Below, in pieces: positions 25,598-38,910 of a stretch of 64,000 nt of DNA (positions are counted from its first letter, which is position 1; each line of letters starts with the position of its first letter). This DNA is from Octopus sinensis. Its lineage: Eukaryota. Below the pieces are notes generated by a model. The model searched no databases, was not told the origin of the DNA, and was given only the letters and a program-made list of their open reading frames with translations. The stretch is taken from positions 60,264,001 through 60,328,000 of the forward strand of contig NC_043001.1 of NCBI RefSeq assembly GCF_006345805.1. Direction: 5' to 3'. Position numbers and translations under genes: made by a program.

Positions 25598-25600
<3 letters not shown>
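24657..25600 (+). mobile_element. HHR element related to the 550-bp unit: inverted copies (24657-25084) + sense copy (25092-25600), (TA)n-flanked
   Basis: 24740-24975 is the reverse complement of ~25380-25600; shares gggt(a/g)aaattaatt..caccaagta..ttagaaatagcag and ccctttccacc motifs with the array. Confidence 0.85.
25320..25411 (+). ncRNA. Type-I hammerhead ribozyme, intact core, GUC site after 25405
   Basis: cctacg-CTGATGA-gaaa..(long stem II)..tttc-GAAA-c(gtac)g-TC-cgtagg; 6-bp stem I. Confidence 0.9.
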
Positions 25601-25637
<37 letters not shown>

Positions 25638-26975
25638 AATTGCAGCGCCATTTAAGAAACACTTAACACGAGATGCAGCACGAAGTTTGTCAGTGAACAG
25701 GTCGCAGTCTCAAAGCAATGAAAATATTTTGACAAATTAAATTTAAATGTTGAAGTGAATCTAACGGTTTTGTGTGTTTCTTAAATGGCTTATAAACACC
25801 TTCCACGCTGCAATTGTTTTCGTTCCAGCACATGATATCAGATCAAGTCACTCGCTATGCAAGTACATTTCCGTAAATATATATATATATATTTATACAC
25901 ACACACACATATATATATATATATATTTGTAATATAAGATAAACTTAATCCCCCAAATTTTCATCAAAGTTGCAGCATATTAAAATACCTTTAAAGGCGA
26001 AAATTATAAACAATTCATAAACAGGGTTAAAAGAAAAAAAATTATATGCCAATATGCTAAGAATAGACTTTAAATAGTCAAAATTCTATATACATTGTCA
26101 ATTTACAAAATTCTATAAAATCGTGAATATACCGTGTATATTTTTTGTGGTGATTGACGTCTATTCTCGGCATATTGGCATAGGATTTTTTTTCTTTTGC
26201 CCTTGTTTAATAATTTATATATATATATATATAGACACCTGCAAAATTTACTGAGAAGTAGGGCTCGAGCAAATGAAACAATACAAGATGGAAGTACAAA
26301 ATTAAACAAATGTAATTTGAAGAGATAGACGGAGACGGGAGAACTACAGCCTTTCGGCCAAACACTAGAATGGTGGGTAAAGCTTAGAAGAAATATTAAA
26401 TGAATATAGAAAGAGAAATAGGAAAAGAGAAGATGAGTGTTGATCGGTAAGCTAAGCATTCAGTGGCGAAAAGACAGAGAGATGGGAAAATTAGTCACGG
26501 GTCACGTGATAGAAGGAAAGGGGATGTGAGAGAGACCGCGGTCGAGAGAACACAAAAGAAAAGAAGGCAGAAAGTCCACAATTACAAGTGAGAAGACGAG
26601 AGAGAGAGAGGGAGAGGAAGATGGGTTGCCTGAAGTGGAATATGATGACGAAAGAGAAAGAAAGAAAGGAAGTAAGAAAGACAGAAATAGCATCGCAAAA
26701 AATGTAAAAAACTTGCTGTTAACAATATTCGGGATGCGTGGCATTCAGTTGCTCAAAACACACACACATATGTTCGTATGTGTGTGTTTGTGTGTGTGTG
26801 TGTATGTGCGTGTATGTATGCATGTAAGTATATATGTATGCATGTATGTATATATGTATGCATGTATGTGTGTATGTATGTTTGTATGCGCGTGTGTGTG
26901 TGCGTCCGTACATGTGTCTGCCTATGTGTTGGAAAAAATATAAGCGCAAAACATTTGGCGTCACTCGAAAAATAT

Positions 26976-28097
26976 TGTATTCAAATGGATCTTTTCCTTT
27001 TGATGGACGGAATTTTCTAGTTAACTAAACAAATTGAAACTTCGTATACTGGTAGAATGTGTCAAAAGAAAACATTATTGTAAACAAAATTGAAAACAAA
27101 ATTGTAATTTGTAAGTTTAACGTAGTTTAATTCTTCGAATTTTAACCAATGAAATCCCAGCATTTGAGCTCAAAACTCACACACACTGCGTCTAAAACCT
27201 CACACACACACGTCTTATTCATCCTTCTCTCTTCTGTCTTTTGCATGTGCTAGAAATAACAGCTACATCTCTTAAATCGATGAATTTCGTCGCCCAATAA
27301 AAATATGAACGATATTTTTTAGAATATTTTCTTTATTTTTTGTTACCGAAAAGGCTTCTCCCATGGATTTGAAGGGCCAGAAACAACAAAAAGAAAATAA
27401 TAATATGCCTAAATCGGTCTAGAGGGTGCGCGTGGAGTGTGGGTCGTATTGTAAAATTTTGCGAAATAATTTTTCATAAACGGATGCCCCAGCTTGTTGG
27501 AGGCTGTGATATAAATTGGGGAAAACTCCTCGACACCAGTGCGTAATTTGTACTTAATTTATCGACCCCAAAACGATGAAACATTGACCCCCATTCTGGT
27601 TTATTTACCTTTTGTGTAAATTTGTTGCGGCAAGGGGCAAAACACAGAGGGGACAAAGCTGCGTATGTGTGTGTATGTATATCTCCGTTTGTATGTGTGT
27701 GTACGCTTATATATTAATTACTATGTGCTTGTGCAAATATATATGCATGTGTTTGAGAGAGAGAGATATATATATAGTGACAGAGAGTGTGTGTGTGTGT
27801 GTTTGTGCAAGTGTACGTGTGTATGTATCTGAATATATGTGTGTATGCGGCGTGCTTCTGCTATGTTTTTTTATCAATATCGATAACGCAGCAAATGATT
27901 TGAGCTCAAATGCTGGGATTTCATTGGTTAAAATTCGAAGAATTAAACTACGTTAAACTTACAAATTACAATTTTGTTTTCAATTTTGTTTACAATAATG
28001 TTTTCTTTTGACACATTCTACCAGTATACGAAGTTTCAATTTGTTTAGTTAACTAGAAAATTCCGTCCATCAAAAGGAAAAGATCCATTTAAATACA
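26976..28097. repeat. 199-bp near-perfect inverted repeat (26976-27174 / 27899-28097) around ~720 bp
   Basis: Hand comparison shows one mismatch, near the outer end. Confidence 0.9.
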
Positions 28098-31000
28098 GAA
28101 TATAAGGAAAAAATATTCCCAATCGAGGATCTTAGCACTTTCTAGTTCGTTAAAAATGAAGGACTGATAAGAATAAAATAGATGCTTTGCGCTGTTTCAT
28201 GGTCGAATAAATAATAAAATTGTAAGGTCCAGCAGCAGTTTCAAATGACAATGCTTGGCAATAATCCATGGCAAAGAATAGTGAAAATTACCAGTTCAGC
28301 TTTTGAATAGAGAGTGAATTGATTTGAGGAGGAATAATATACTGCGGAGTGAAGGAAAGACAGAATGGTAGATGCAGTAGAATAAATATATAGGAGTCCC
28401 TATGGCGAGGGCATGTTTATTGAAAGAGGGTAGAGTATGTATATACATAAATAAATAAGTGATGAGTAATAGTAGATATCAGCACTTTTGTTCTATAGCC
28501 TACGACCAGCGTTGGCCAGTGTTCTAAAATGGCAAGAATGAGATCGACGGGGTTAGCATGGTAATAAAGTGATTATAAATGATAATGAAGATTTTAAATT
28601 ATAGTGAGCGTGATACAATTGGTGACAGGAATTTAAGGGTTCACCTGTTCATAATGTTTCTAGAAATAGACGCGCATATTTTTAAAATTTGTACGGTTAC
28701 CGAAAATTTATGCATGTTGGGAATATAAAAATAATAAAAAAATAAAAATCTGAAACTTACAAAGGAAAAATAGATACAACACAATGGACGATTTATATAA
28801 TATCAGCAAATATATGAAAATATCTCCTAAGTTAATTATATATATATTATTTGCCGGTGTATAAACCCATAAGAGACGAGGAAGCCTAGTGAAAGTGTAT
28901 TCGATTAATTATCATCTTAGTGGGATGTGTAAATATGAATTAATGGAAAGAAGGAGAATCTATAAAATACAAGATAAATTTAAACGGATATGATAATAGT
29001 GTAGATAAACCCATTTAATTAAGTGGCTAAACTATATATCAGTTAGGACGCGAAGTAATTGTTTTACCACAATTAGACTTGTGGTAGAATTGAAATCATT
29101 GAAACAATTTCTAGGCACATAGTGAAGGCTTCATGCTGCTTATCTAATAATTGTGTGAGGCTATGTTATAGGATTTGTATAGATTCCCTCAAACATAACC
29201 GACAGAAGTATTTTCGCCTTGGTATGGTGGACCTGAATAAATGTTAAGCCAATGAATATTCTGTGGTATGTTCTTTTTCCTACGATAGCGCATGTGTTGT
29301 GCAAAAGAATTAATTCTATGTATCAGGTGTTGCCGTGCGCAGGAGGATCATAATGTAAATAAACATAAGTACTGCTTGTATTTCTTTTCTTTATACATTA
29401 ACTGGTTAGCTATTTAATTAAGTTATCGCGATTCGTGACCACTTTAATTACACATCTTCTGTACTTGAAATCAGCTTCAAATTGGTCGTTCTCTTAAGTT
29501 TTAATTTGCTCTATAAGTGTGACTCTGAATCTTCGTAAGGAGTATGGAAGGGAAGAGGGAGTGGTCGTGCATGTGTCTCCTTGCCGTTCATGCATGTGTG
29601 AATTCTGGTGTATGCGTGATATGTTTAACTGCTTGTTTATGATTGTGTATCTGTGTGCGTGAATTGTGCATGGGTACGTGCAATTGTGAGCGCACGCCTA
29701 TATGTGTGCTCAGTCGTGTGCATTTATCTGACGTAGAATGTGCGCTGGGTGTGTATAGTAAGATACGTATTTCTTTTTCTCTTTAACTATTGATCCTCTC
29801 TTTTTGACTGCACGATGTGTGTGTGCGCGCGCGCGTGCGCAGCGTTAATGCAGAAAAGTTCGTATACTGTCCAGTTACGTTACTTTTATCATAAAATGGT
29901 ACGGATGGGTTGAAAGTTTCGTGATATTTCGTCATAAAAAGTTTAATAACTGATCAACTTCATTCCACCCACACACACAACGCATACTCTTCCGTACACG
30001 TGCAATAGGTGTATACTGAATGCAACACTGTGTTGGTGGGAGGTGCAGTCTCTATATTTTCATCGTAATTTCTTTTCTAATGATTGATTCTAATCATTTA
30101 TCAGATCAATCCCCCATAACTGTGGTAACGAAGTGCAATATGGATATACCGAAAGGATTCTAATAACTATGTTCTACATACGCTAACATTTATCCTTGGC
30201 ATGCTGATAGACTTTCGTTGCATTTGTTCCAATGCTATTTCATTCTTCCCGCCAAACTTTTCGCATTAATGTTGAGGTCGAGTTGCTCTACTCGGAGTCT
30301 AAACAATAAACTGTAAATAAGGCTTTTCACTTTACAGATAACTCTAGGGCTTATTTTACACACGATTTAATACTTATTTGTATATTTGATCTTACCAAAA
30401 CAGCATGTTTTTATTATGCCACCCAGTTACTTTCTCTGGTATCCATATTACTCTATTGCTAATTATAATATCACTAAGTGCTTTCCCGAATCTACGGGCT
30501 AGTTAGTGATTTACACTTTGGGGATTAAAGTTTCTAAATCTACGGTGTAGTTATTACAAACATTGTCCCTTGAAACTTGTCAATATTGTTTATATAAACA
30601 TCCTTTTTATTCATTCTTTCAAGCGTATTCTATAAGTTATTATAATATCTTGGGCAAGTTTCATGAATAACCTTTCTTATTTTTTTCTTTGAGTTCTTGT
30701 AAACCCTGTCTCTTTGTTTTTATTTGTAGTTGAAAACTGCATGTGATGTATAAAGTGCACCGCATCTTTCCTTACTTCAAAAGGTTATTCTTTATCTTAA
30801 GTAAATCTACTATAATATATATTTATCTTAACTATGTGATATATAGCTGATTTCCAAAAGCTAAATTCTTTCTAATACGCTTACTTAAAGACACCCCGCT
30901 ACACCATACAGCCAAACGGCAAAACTTGAAAGCATACGCCAGAGCGCAGAAAAACACGTACACACGCACCAGAGCGAATACTTACGTGAATGCACACATT

Positions 31001-31655
31001 CTGTCACCATCCTTCTCTCGCGTACATTTTCACATGCAATACATTACATAACTTAAGAGACAATCTGACATATCTGAAGCTGCCTTGAAGTTGAGATGGC
31101 ATATCAACGAACAGCGAGTGAATGGCCACACATAGCTAATTCATTAACAGAGTGATTAATCAAACAATTAATTACTTAAAGGGTTAAGTAGTTGAGAAAT
31201 TGCTCAAAAGAATGAAATAAAAGCATTCTGTGTGTTTGTTTTTAGTATGGGGTACACACACACACACATACGTATCTGTGTATCTATACGTGTGTGTATG
31301 TACACATACATCCACTTAAGCAACGCACCCGCACACATCATAATAGAGGTCGTTAAACTGTGTACAAACAAAATTAACTTGCAGCATAGGCGGCCAGTTT
31401 TCACATTTATTTGTGTAGTCATAGAATTTTACAATATTACTTATTACTTATTACAATATTACTTATATTACCTGTACTATAGAAGAAATAAGAAAAGATA
31501 TTCTGCATAAAATTTCAAAAATTGTATTTCTTATTCTGCAACTTCTATAAATCATGATATTGCTTGTGCTTTTATAATATTTAATATTGCAAATTTGTAA
31601 AATACAAAAATAAAAATGAAAATAGGTCTATGTCGGAATTTGGTTTGCACGCACA

Positions 31656-31696
<41 letters not shown>

Positions 31697-31840
31697 ACAA
31701 ACACACACACTCACATACACACAAGCATTGTGTAGAATATATTGTATAAAGGATCGTGGATAAGGCCAAAACAATGCGAATTAAATGCAAAGTAAATCAC
31801 AAGAAAACAAATATATGAGTTAATGTAGACGTACTTGTAT

Positions 31841-32620
31841 TCAATATTTTGGGGTTAACGACTCCTTTTTCAAGAAAATGACTGTTGCCGATGTACATGT
31901 GTGTGGAGTGAACATGCGCGGAAAGCTAGTTTCCTGTAACTCTCTTCTGTTGTTGATCTTTGGGTTCTTTTGGTGTCTGAAGATGGCCTCAGACATTCTA
32001 ATGCTGCCCCTGTTCTGCTGTGTTGCTTTGATGTAAACTGTGAATTCCCGGGTCTGACAATTCCGTAGATGTTCCTTCACGGACTTGTGAGCCTGCATGC
32101 GTACATGCAGCTTTCTTGACGCGCTTCCTATGAAGGTTGCGCCATATTTGCTACAGATTATCTCGTATACAACATAGTTCTACTGGCACAAATCAGGGTC
32201 ACTGATGGGGCAGTTTGATAATGTGCACTCCTCGGCGTAGTGAGAGGTGTTGCTCTTTGACAGAGCTTTTCTCAGGGAAGGGCCGGTGTACGCTATCTGT
32301 ATGTCGAGTCCTTTCGTGCGGTCTGCGTGTTGTATCACTGCGGTAGTTCTGTCGTCAAAGTGTGGTAGCTTTAGGAAGCACGTGCTGGACTTGGGAGTAT
32401 GATGTTTCTTCCGGGGTTTATTGACCTTGTTGTTTTTAGGCTCCTTTCTTTAGCCAAAGATTGTGGGTAGCCATTGAGCTAGGTCCCTGAGTAACTGCTT
32501 GGTGTTGTCGGCTTTGTCGGTCACATTAATGCAATTGTTGTTTATACGTGCAATCTCGTTTCTCGCGTATGCGGCTTTGGCTTTCGTGGGTAATGCACGG
32601 TCCTTAACCAATTACAAAAC
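31841..32620 (-). mobile_element. Penelope-like element of a second lineage: linker + Cys-rich GIY-YIG
   Basis: FLKLPHFDD..ECTLSNCPISDPDLC..VVYEIICSK..FIGSASRKLHVRMQAH..SEAIF..PKINNRREL. Confidence 0.82.
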
Positions 32621-32744
32621 TCTATAGCCATATACATAGGATCAACAAAAAAATTTAAGCAACGATGTACCACTTAGATACGATAAACATAGTAAATCTG
32701 TAAATATGTACCACTTAGATACGATACACATAGTAAATGTACAT

Positions 32745-34060
32745 AACTCGCCAACCACATACATCATCTAAAAAAGGCAAATACACCATATACTCTATCA
32801 TGGTCCATAATAGACTCAGGATTTCCCTACCGAGGTCAACGCTCAATCTGCAAACTTTGCCTGAAGGTGGCACTCCAAATATTAAAGCACAGCTCTCCAA
32901 CACTGCTTAATAAACATAACGAGGCATTAAGCACATGCAACTATGCACATTTAAATTCTATCACGAATCCAAATGCCAAAATGATCATACAGTACATTTC
33001 CGCAATAATTCTTAGGTAATCCCATTAACCCATAAATTTACACTCTAACTCATAACCCTTATCTAGTTTCTCACATATGCAACCATCTGATTATATTCGT
33101 TTACATATATACATACGCGCGCTTATTTATGTACGAGTGAGGTTATGCATGTGGGTATATGTAGACATATGTACACATGCAGGAAATAGATAACTGAATA
33201 TGTAGGAACGATGATACATGAAGATTGTATTTTTAACTTATCTTTGTAACTTATCTGATATATACATGTATATACATCTTCACATAAATAGTTTCTCAGA
33301 ATAATTAACACTGATATTTCCTTAATTCTTCATATTGCCTCACAATTAGAAGCTACTACTACACATTGGTACTATAACACCTTTCTCTCTCAATCCCACT
33401 TCTACTTTTAAATTATCTCCACTGACCACTGACCAACCTATGTCTCAATTTTTATTTTTTATTTTTATTTTCCTTATTCCCTTTATTCATACCTTCAGGG
33501 GTTTTATTCTTTATTCTTTGTTATTTTTACTAATCTTCTTTCTTCTTTCTCTTTCATTCTTTCTTTCTCTCCTCCTTTCTCTCACTCTCTCCCTTTTTTG
33601 TCATTCCTCTCTTCCTATTTTCAATTTAACCATACTAATATACTCCCTATTTCTAGGTCAGTTTAAACACACACCTTGAATCTGCTACACTCTATATAAA
33701 TTCCCAACAGGGAATGACCAACTTTAAGGGAATCTTACATTGCTTATAAACTCTATATCTGGATGGACTCATATTAAACTCATATTAAACTCTGTTGGAC
33801 TTTTGGATTTTACTCAAAGTATATTACACCTATATACCATTATGCCTATAAAACGGATTTACGAATTCAATAACCATACATATCTTACATCTATTTTCTT
33901 TCCTCCACCTCACTCTCTATTTGTATCACATCGAAATTAACTATGACTTAATTTTTCCTCCCACACCGTCACCGATGAAAGGATATTATTAATTGATATC
34001 CTAGAAACAGCTGAAAGACTTTCTATCTATAACTGTTTTAATATCTATATTGCCTTGTTT
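32745..34060 (+). mobile_element. Penelope-like GIY-YIG C-terminus (32745-32945) and probable 3' region with decayed HHR (33968-34019)
   Basis: LANHIHHLKKANTPYTLSWSIIDSGFPY..ICKLCLK..LLNKHNEALSTC; continuity to the HHR is inferred. Confidence 0.7.
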
Positions 34061-34213
34061 TGTTTTTTTTTATCTCATTACGCAAAAAATTCATATATAC
34101 ACACGCTGACATAGAACCAACGTTGAACCCTTTATTCGCAATATTGCCGAATCTGGAACTTAACTATGGTCCGTCTATAGCACTTATTCAGACATTGTCT
34201 CTTATGTATATAT

Positions 34214-34388
34214 ATATTGTTATATTTCGGAATGGTCATATTGCCAGTTTAGCCAATAAAAACACACGCACTATATGTTTGGTGTTATTTTGCTTCAGTG
34301 TTATTTATTTTTTACATTAATCTTAATATAGTGCGTGTGTTTTTATTGGCTAAACTGACAATATGACCATTCCGAAATATAACAATAT
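34214..34388. repeat. 63-bp inverted repeat with ~50-bp spacer
   Basis: 34214-34276 vs 34326-34388, one mismatch. Confidence 0.9.
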
Positions 34389-34441
34389 CGGTTTCAACAC
34401 ACGACTTCACATAAAAAATCTTGCACAACAATATTTAAACG

Positions 34442-34500
<59 letters not shown>

Positions 34501-35398
34501 CTGTGTATGTATAAATATTTAAAGTGAGACAAATACACACACATATATATGTGCGTGCGTGCGTGCGCACGTGTTTATACATATTTTTAATACCAAAGAA
34601 TGAAAGTAAAAAATATATATTCGAATTTTCCATGGAATTTGCATCTCCACCACGATCTTTTAACTTATACGTGGTTCGAATTAAGAAGTTTCATAATATA
34701 TTTAACTCTTGCATACTATTTATAGTCAAATTCTTTCATAGCTCAAGATAATTGTTTTATATATATGTGGGAGCTACTGAAAAGTCTGCAAGTGAAGCTT
34801 AGCTTGTATGGGATAGTAGATTAGAAGGGGCAGAGCCTGGTATTCTGTTAGCTGGTACTTGTCTCTTAGTACAAGTTTATTTACCTGTTCAAAATCAATT
34901 CCTAAGCATTATTGGCGTTTCTAACTTTTAGACAAGAGATTATTTTGGCAACAAATTTATCTTTTACAAAACTGGAATGCATAACTTTGTGTGGTTTCAG
35001 AAAAACTTTACTGAAAGATCAAAACATATTTGGGAGCTGAGTTGGGGGGCAGGTTTACTTGATAATTCTGGTGGAAATAGTTTTCATAAATGTTCGTTTA
35101 CCCAAGCGAGTTTCTTTTCTATCATGAGCTGTCGCAAATATGCTCGCACGTAGCCATCCTTGCATTGTGATTAGTATGGTCTCGAAGTAGGTCAAGCAGA
35201 AAATCAAATAAATGAGATGATTTGTAACTCAATCTCACCTCACGATAGCCTCGGGGGAAAACTAATAGCGTTGGTGGATACACGGATTTCTTTCTGTTGA
35301 TTTCAGACAAACTTTGATATTATTTGTCTGTTTGTTTGCATATGTGTAATCCATGCCTACCCCCTCCTCTCTCTCTCTCTCGTCATATATACATACAC

Positions 35399-35452
<54 letters not shown>

Positions 35453-35456
<4 letters not shown>

Positions 35457-35851
35457 CCAATTAAGGACTGAACACGAAAAGTGGACAGTCAACATGCTAG
35501 ATATAGACCTCAAATCGCCATTCTCCACAAAGATTATGTTCTCAAATAAAATAAAATTCACCACAAACAAAAGCAATAAATAAGACAAATGAAAATATAC
35601 GAAATGAAATAATCACCTATGTACCGATCAGTTTCAGTTATTAATATCCGCAAGGATATCTGTAACTTCGTCAGCATAGTCTGTTATGAACATAATTTGC
35701 TGGACTAGATGCAAAAAACGATACCGGAGTGCCGCATGCATAAAGTACAACCGATTAAGTTCGAATGTATCTTTTGTGGAGAATGGCGATTTGACGTCTA
35801 TATCTAGCATGTTGACTGTCCACTTTTCGTGTTTGGTCTTTAATTGGTATA
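35453..35851 (-). mobile_element. Non-coding HHR element with ~80-bp inverted arms, between (TA)n tracts
   Basis: 35453-35532 is approximately the reverse complement of 35771-35851; HHR in the spacer. Confidence 0.82.
35617..35679 (-). ncRNA. Type-I hammerhead ribozyme, intact core, GUA site
   Basis: ctatg-CTGACGA-agtta..gatatcc(ttgc)ggatatt..taact-GAAA-c(tgatcg)g-TA-catag. Confidence 0.87.
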
Positions 35852-36773
35852 TATAAATATTTAAATCTTCGGATTCTTTTTAATATGCTAGTCCACTGGT
35901 TTTAATTGACTAATATCAATTTCTACCCTTAATTAATTTATATATATATATATATATATAATATATATATTATATATATATATATATATTATATATATAT
36001 ATATGTATGTATGTATGTATGTGTGTTTGTATTATACATTAAACTGTATTGTATAAACGTATCTCCCATTTATACATTTCAAACAATTAATCCCAGTGTT
36101 CATGCTCAACAGGCTTAAGCACTTCTGATAATCCCTCAAGTTGACAGCTTACCTATATTATAAGTGAATCTGCATTTTATAATCCGGTACTACTCGTTAT
36201 CTACTCCAAATATGTGTACGTGTCTTGAGTATTGTCTGCTTAGTTTCATGTTTGTTTTGGAACAAACAACAATGACAGTAAATTAATCTCCACAAGAGTA
36301 GCGCAATGCCTTTTAGAAGAAATGCTTGACGATCTACACACTGATGTATATAGTCATGTTCTTTTGTACACTCTGAGACATGAATATGAAGAGAAAATGG
36401 AAAATTATTAATACTGTGATTACATTGATGGATGGTGATAAAGAAAGAAAATTAATTTTAAAGATATTTGAAATTTGGGAGGTGAACAGTAAATTAAATC
36501 TCCATTACACGGAAATAAAATAATAAATTGCAAAGTGATTTCAATTTTATTTATGCTTTGACCATGTAACGTAATAGATAATTAGATATCAGTGAGAATG
36601 GAGTATTGTATTAATAAAGTTTCAGTGAAATTAACTTGAACCCGTTCAGAATATCAGGTTAAAAGTTTGTATTCTTAAATTCAATGCGAATGACACAAAT
36701 ATCATTCCTTCATATAATTCCAGTGAAGCAATGAAAAGTAAATATGTGTATACTTGTATGCGTGAAGGTAAAT

Positions 36774-36821
<48 letters not shown>

Positions 36822-38727
36822 ATGTAAGTGTTTGCCTTTGTGCATGACTTCTTGAATAAGTAGAAAATAAACTTCTATTTTCATTTCAATTCCAATTTCG
36901 TCACTCTTGTATTCATACATCATCTTAGTATTATCAAAAATAAGATTGAAACATCAAACACAGATTTGGCTTTTGTTTTGTTTATTTTGCATTTACATCG
37001 TTATCGAGCCGATCGAAGAATATAAGAATATAGGTATTTGTTGAATGTCTGTGATATTAAAATGTTTACTCATCTCTAACAGTAGGAAACCTTTGATGTG
37101 CCGTTCTCTCCTCCATCCTTTCAGATAAATCTTATTCAATTTTAAGTATTGCAAAAACGTTTTTTTCTTTCTTTTCACCAACATTATCTTACTTCCTCCT
37201 GTCGAATGTTGTATCTTAACCGGATGTTAAATATTTTATCTAGTTTTACAAAATGACTATATTTCACATTCGTTTGTACAGATACAGCATATCTGAGATC
37301 TCTATTCGATATTTTCTACTAATACCCTTAGTGTAATTAAAAAAGCGACAATGTAACCATTCAGGTTTTGTTTTCTGTTTATTTGATAGTACCATTTTAA
37401 ATGTATCAGATTTTTCTGATTTGTTTTATGTCTCAGAATTCTACTGACAAGGCAATTTTCTTTTGTTCATCTGTCAGTCTTCTATATTTTGATATTATTG
37501 TTTGTCTGCACAAAACATTTGACAATGCTAGATTCAAATATGTATATCATGTTATTCTTCCGCGTCCCTAAAGGTAAAGGCATTACTTTCATTCACTTAA
37601 TATCAAGTATTCTTATTTTATCGCATGTTATCAATACTTAAATCATTTATTTATCACAAATTTTCGATTTACTTACAAAAGTAAGTCTTTAATGTGAATA
37701 TGTTTATTGAATCTATTTTATATCGATCTCACTGGTTCTTCATTTAGCCTTTATTTTCAAAACTGCATTCCATGTATCATTCTTGTGCGTTCCGTACTTA
37801 CCAGAATCCGTCATACACATCAGTAATTTCTATACATTTATTCAAGTTATTTTAGATTTTATGTCTATAATCTGTCTCTCTCACTCTCTATATGTTAGCT
37901 TTTCCTATACATAGATTCGTTGTTTTATTTCAAAACAGTTATTTCTAATAGTTGAAAATAATGTTGTCGTATTTCCGTCTATTTATCACCGATCTGGTAG
38001 TTAGTATCTATTTTATAGTCAATAGAGATTTTATTTCCAAGCTCCTCCTTCAAATATTGCCCTCTTTACGGGTGGGCAAAATAACATGTCTTCTTACAAA
38101 TTCTCTCTTTGTAAGAAGACAGTTTCCATAAATTTGTTTTCTTTTGTTTTCTTATTTTAAATGCTGCCAATGTTTTCTTGTTGAATTGCAATTATCCAAA
38201 TCCAATTAAAAAAAATATTTTCTCTAACTGCTATTGCTAAGCGTGTATTTTTTCAGTCGAATAAAGTATATTTATGTCTTCATTGCAATACCTGTCTATT
38301 ATTCTATTTCACAACCCTCTTCTTGGTTTATATTTTGCACATTTTAAACCTGGAATATATAGATGCTATTGATTCCATTTCTTTCATTCTTAATGTTCTG
38401 CATCTTTTCATTCTATTTTAAATGTTGAAAAACATGAAGTTAAATATAAATGTTCTATTTAATTTCGTTCTGAGTATTTAGTCTTATTTAATATATTTTA
38501 GTTTTCCTGCACACATTCATAATCGGGCGTTTTGTATCAAGCATTTTAAATAATCAAAATTTCAAATCATGCTAAGAAAGATTAAATAGCTTGGACATGT
38601 TCGTAGATTTTATTTTGGAACACAGAATGGATATCAGACCCAGGTTAAACATAATACTACATTTATTGGAAAATTGTATGAAGAGCATTCATTGAAAACT
38701 AAAATAGCCGTACTATACTTTTAACTC

Positions 38728-38910
38728 TAGGTGCAAGGCCTGCCATTTTGAAGGAGGTGGTCTAGTCGAAGATATCAACTCGAGAGCTTTACAAGTATTT
38801 ATCTCATTCATCTCGAAATGATGAAGGGCAAAGAGGATCTCGGCTGAATTCGAACTCAGAACTCAAAGAAAGACTGACCAAATGCCATAAAGTATTTTGT
38901 CAGACATGTT
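38728..38910 (-). mobile_element. Old tRNA-derived SINE related to 1455-1601
   Basis: Minus head tggcagaatcgttaac..gagttcgaattcagccgagatcctctttgcccttcatc. Confidence 0.6.

Noticed and set aside
26340-26375. Half hammerheads (tttcggcc here; also near 20128, 24948-24975, 44795-44835)
   Set aside because: Only one half of the core is present; 24948 is the truncated inverted copy of the 25320 HHR.
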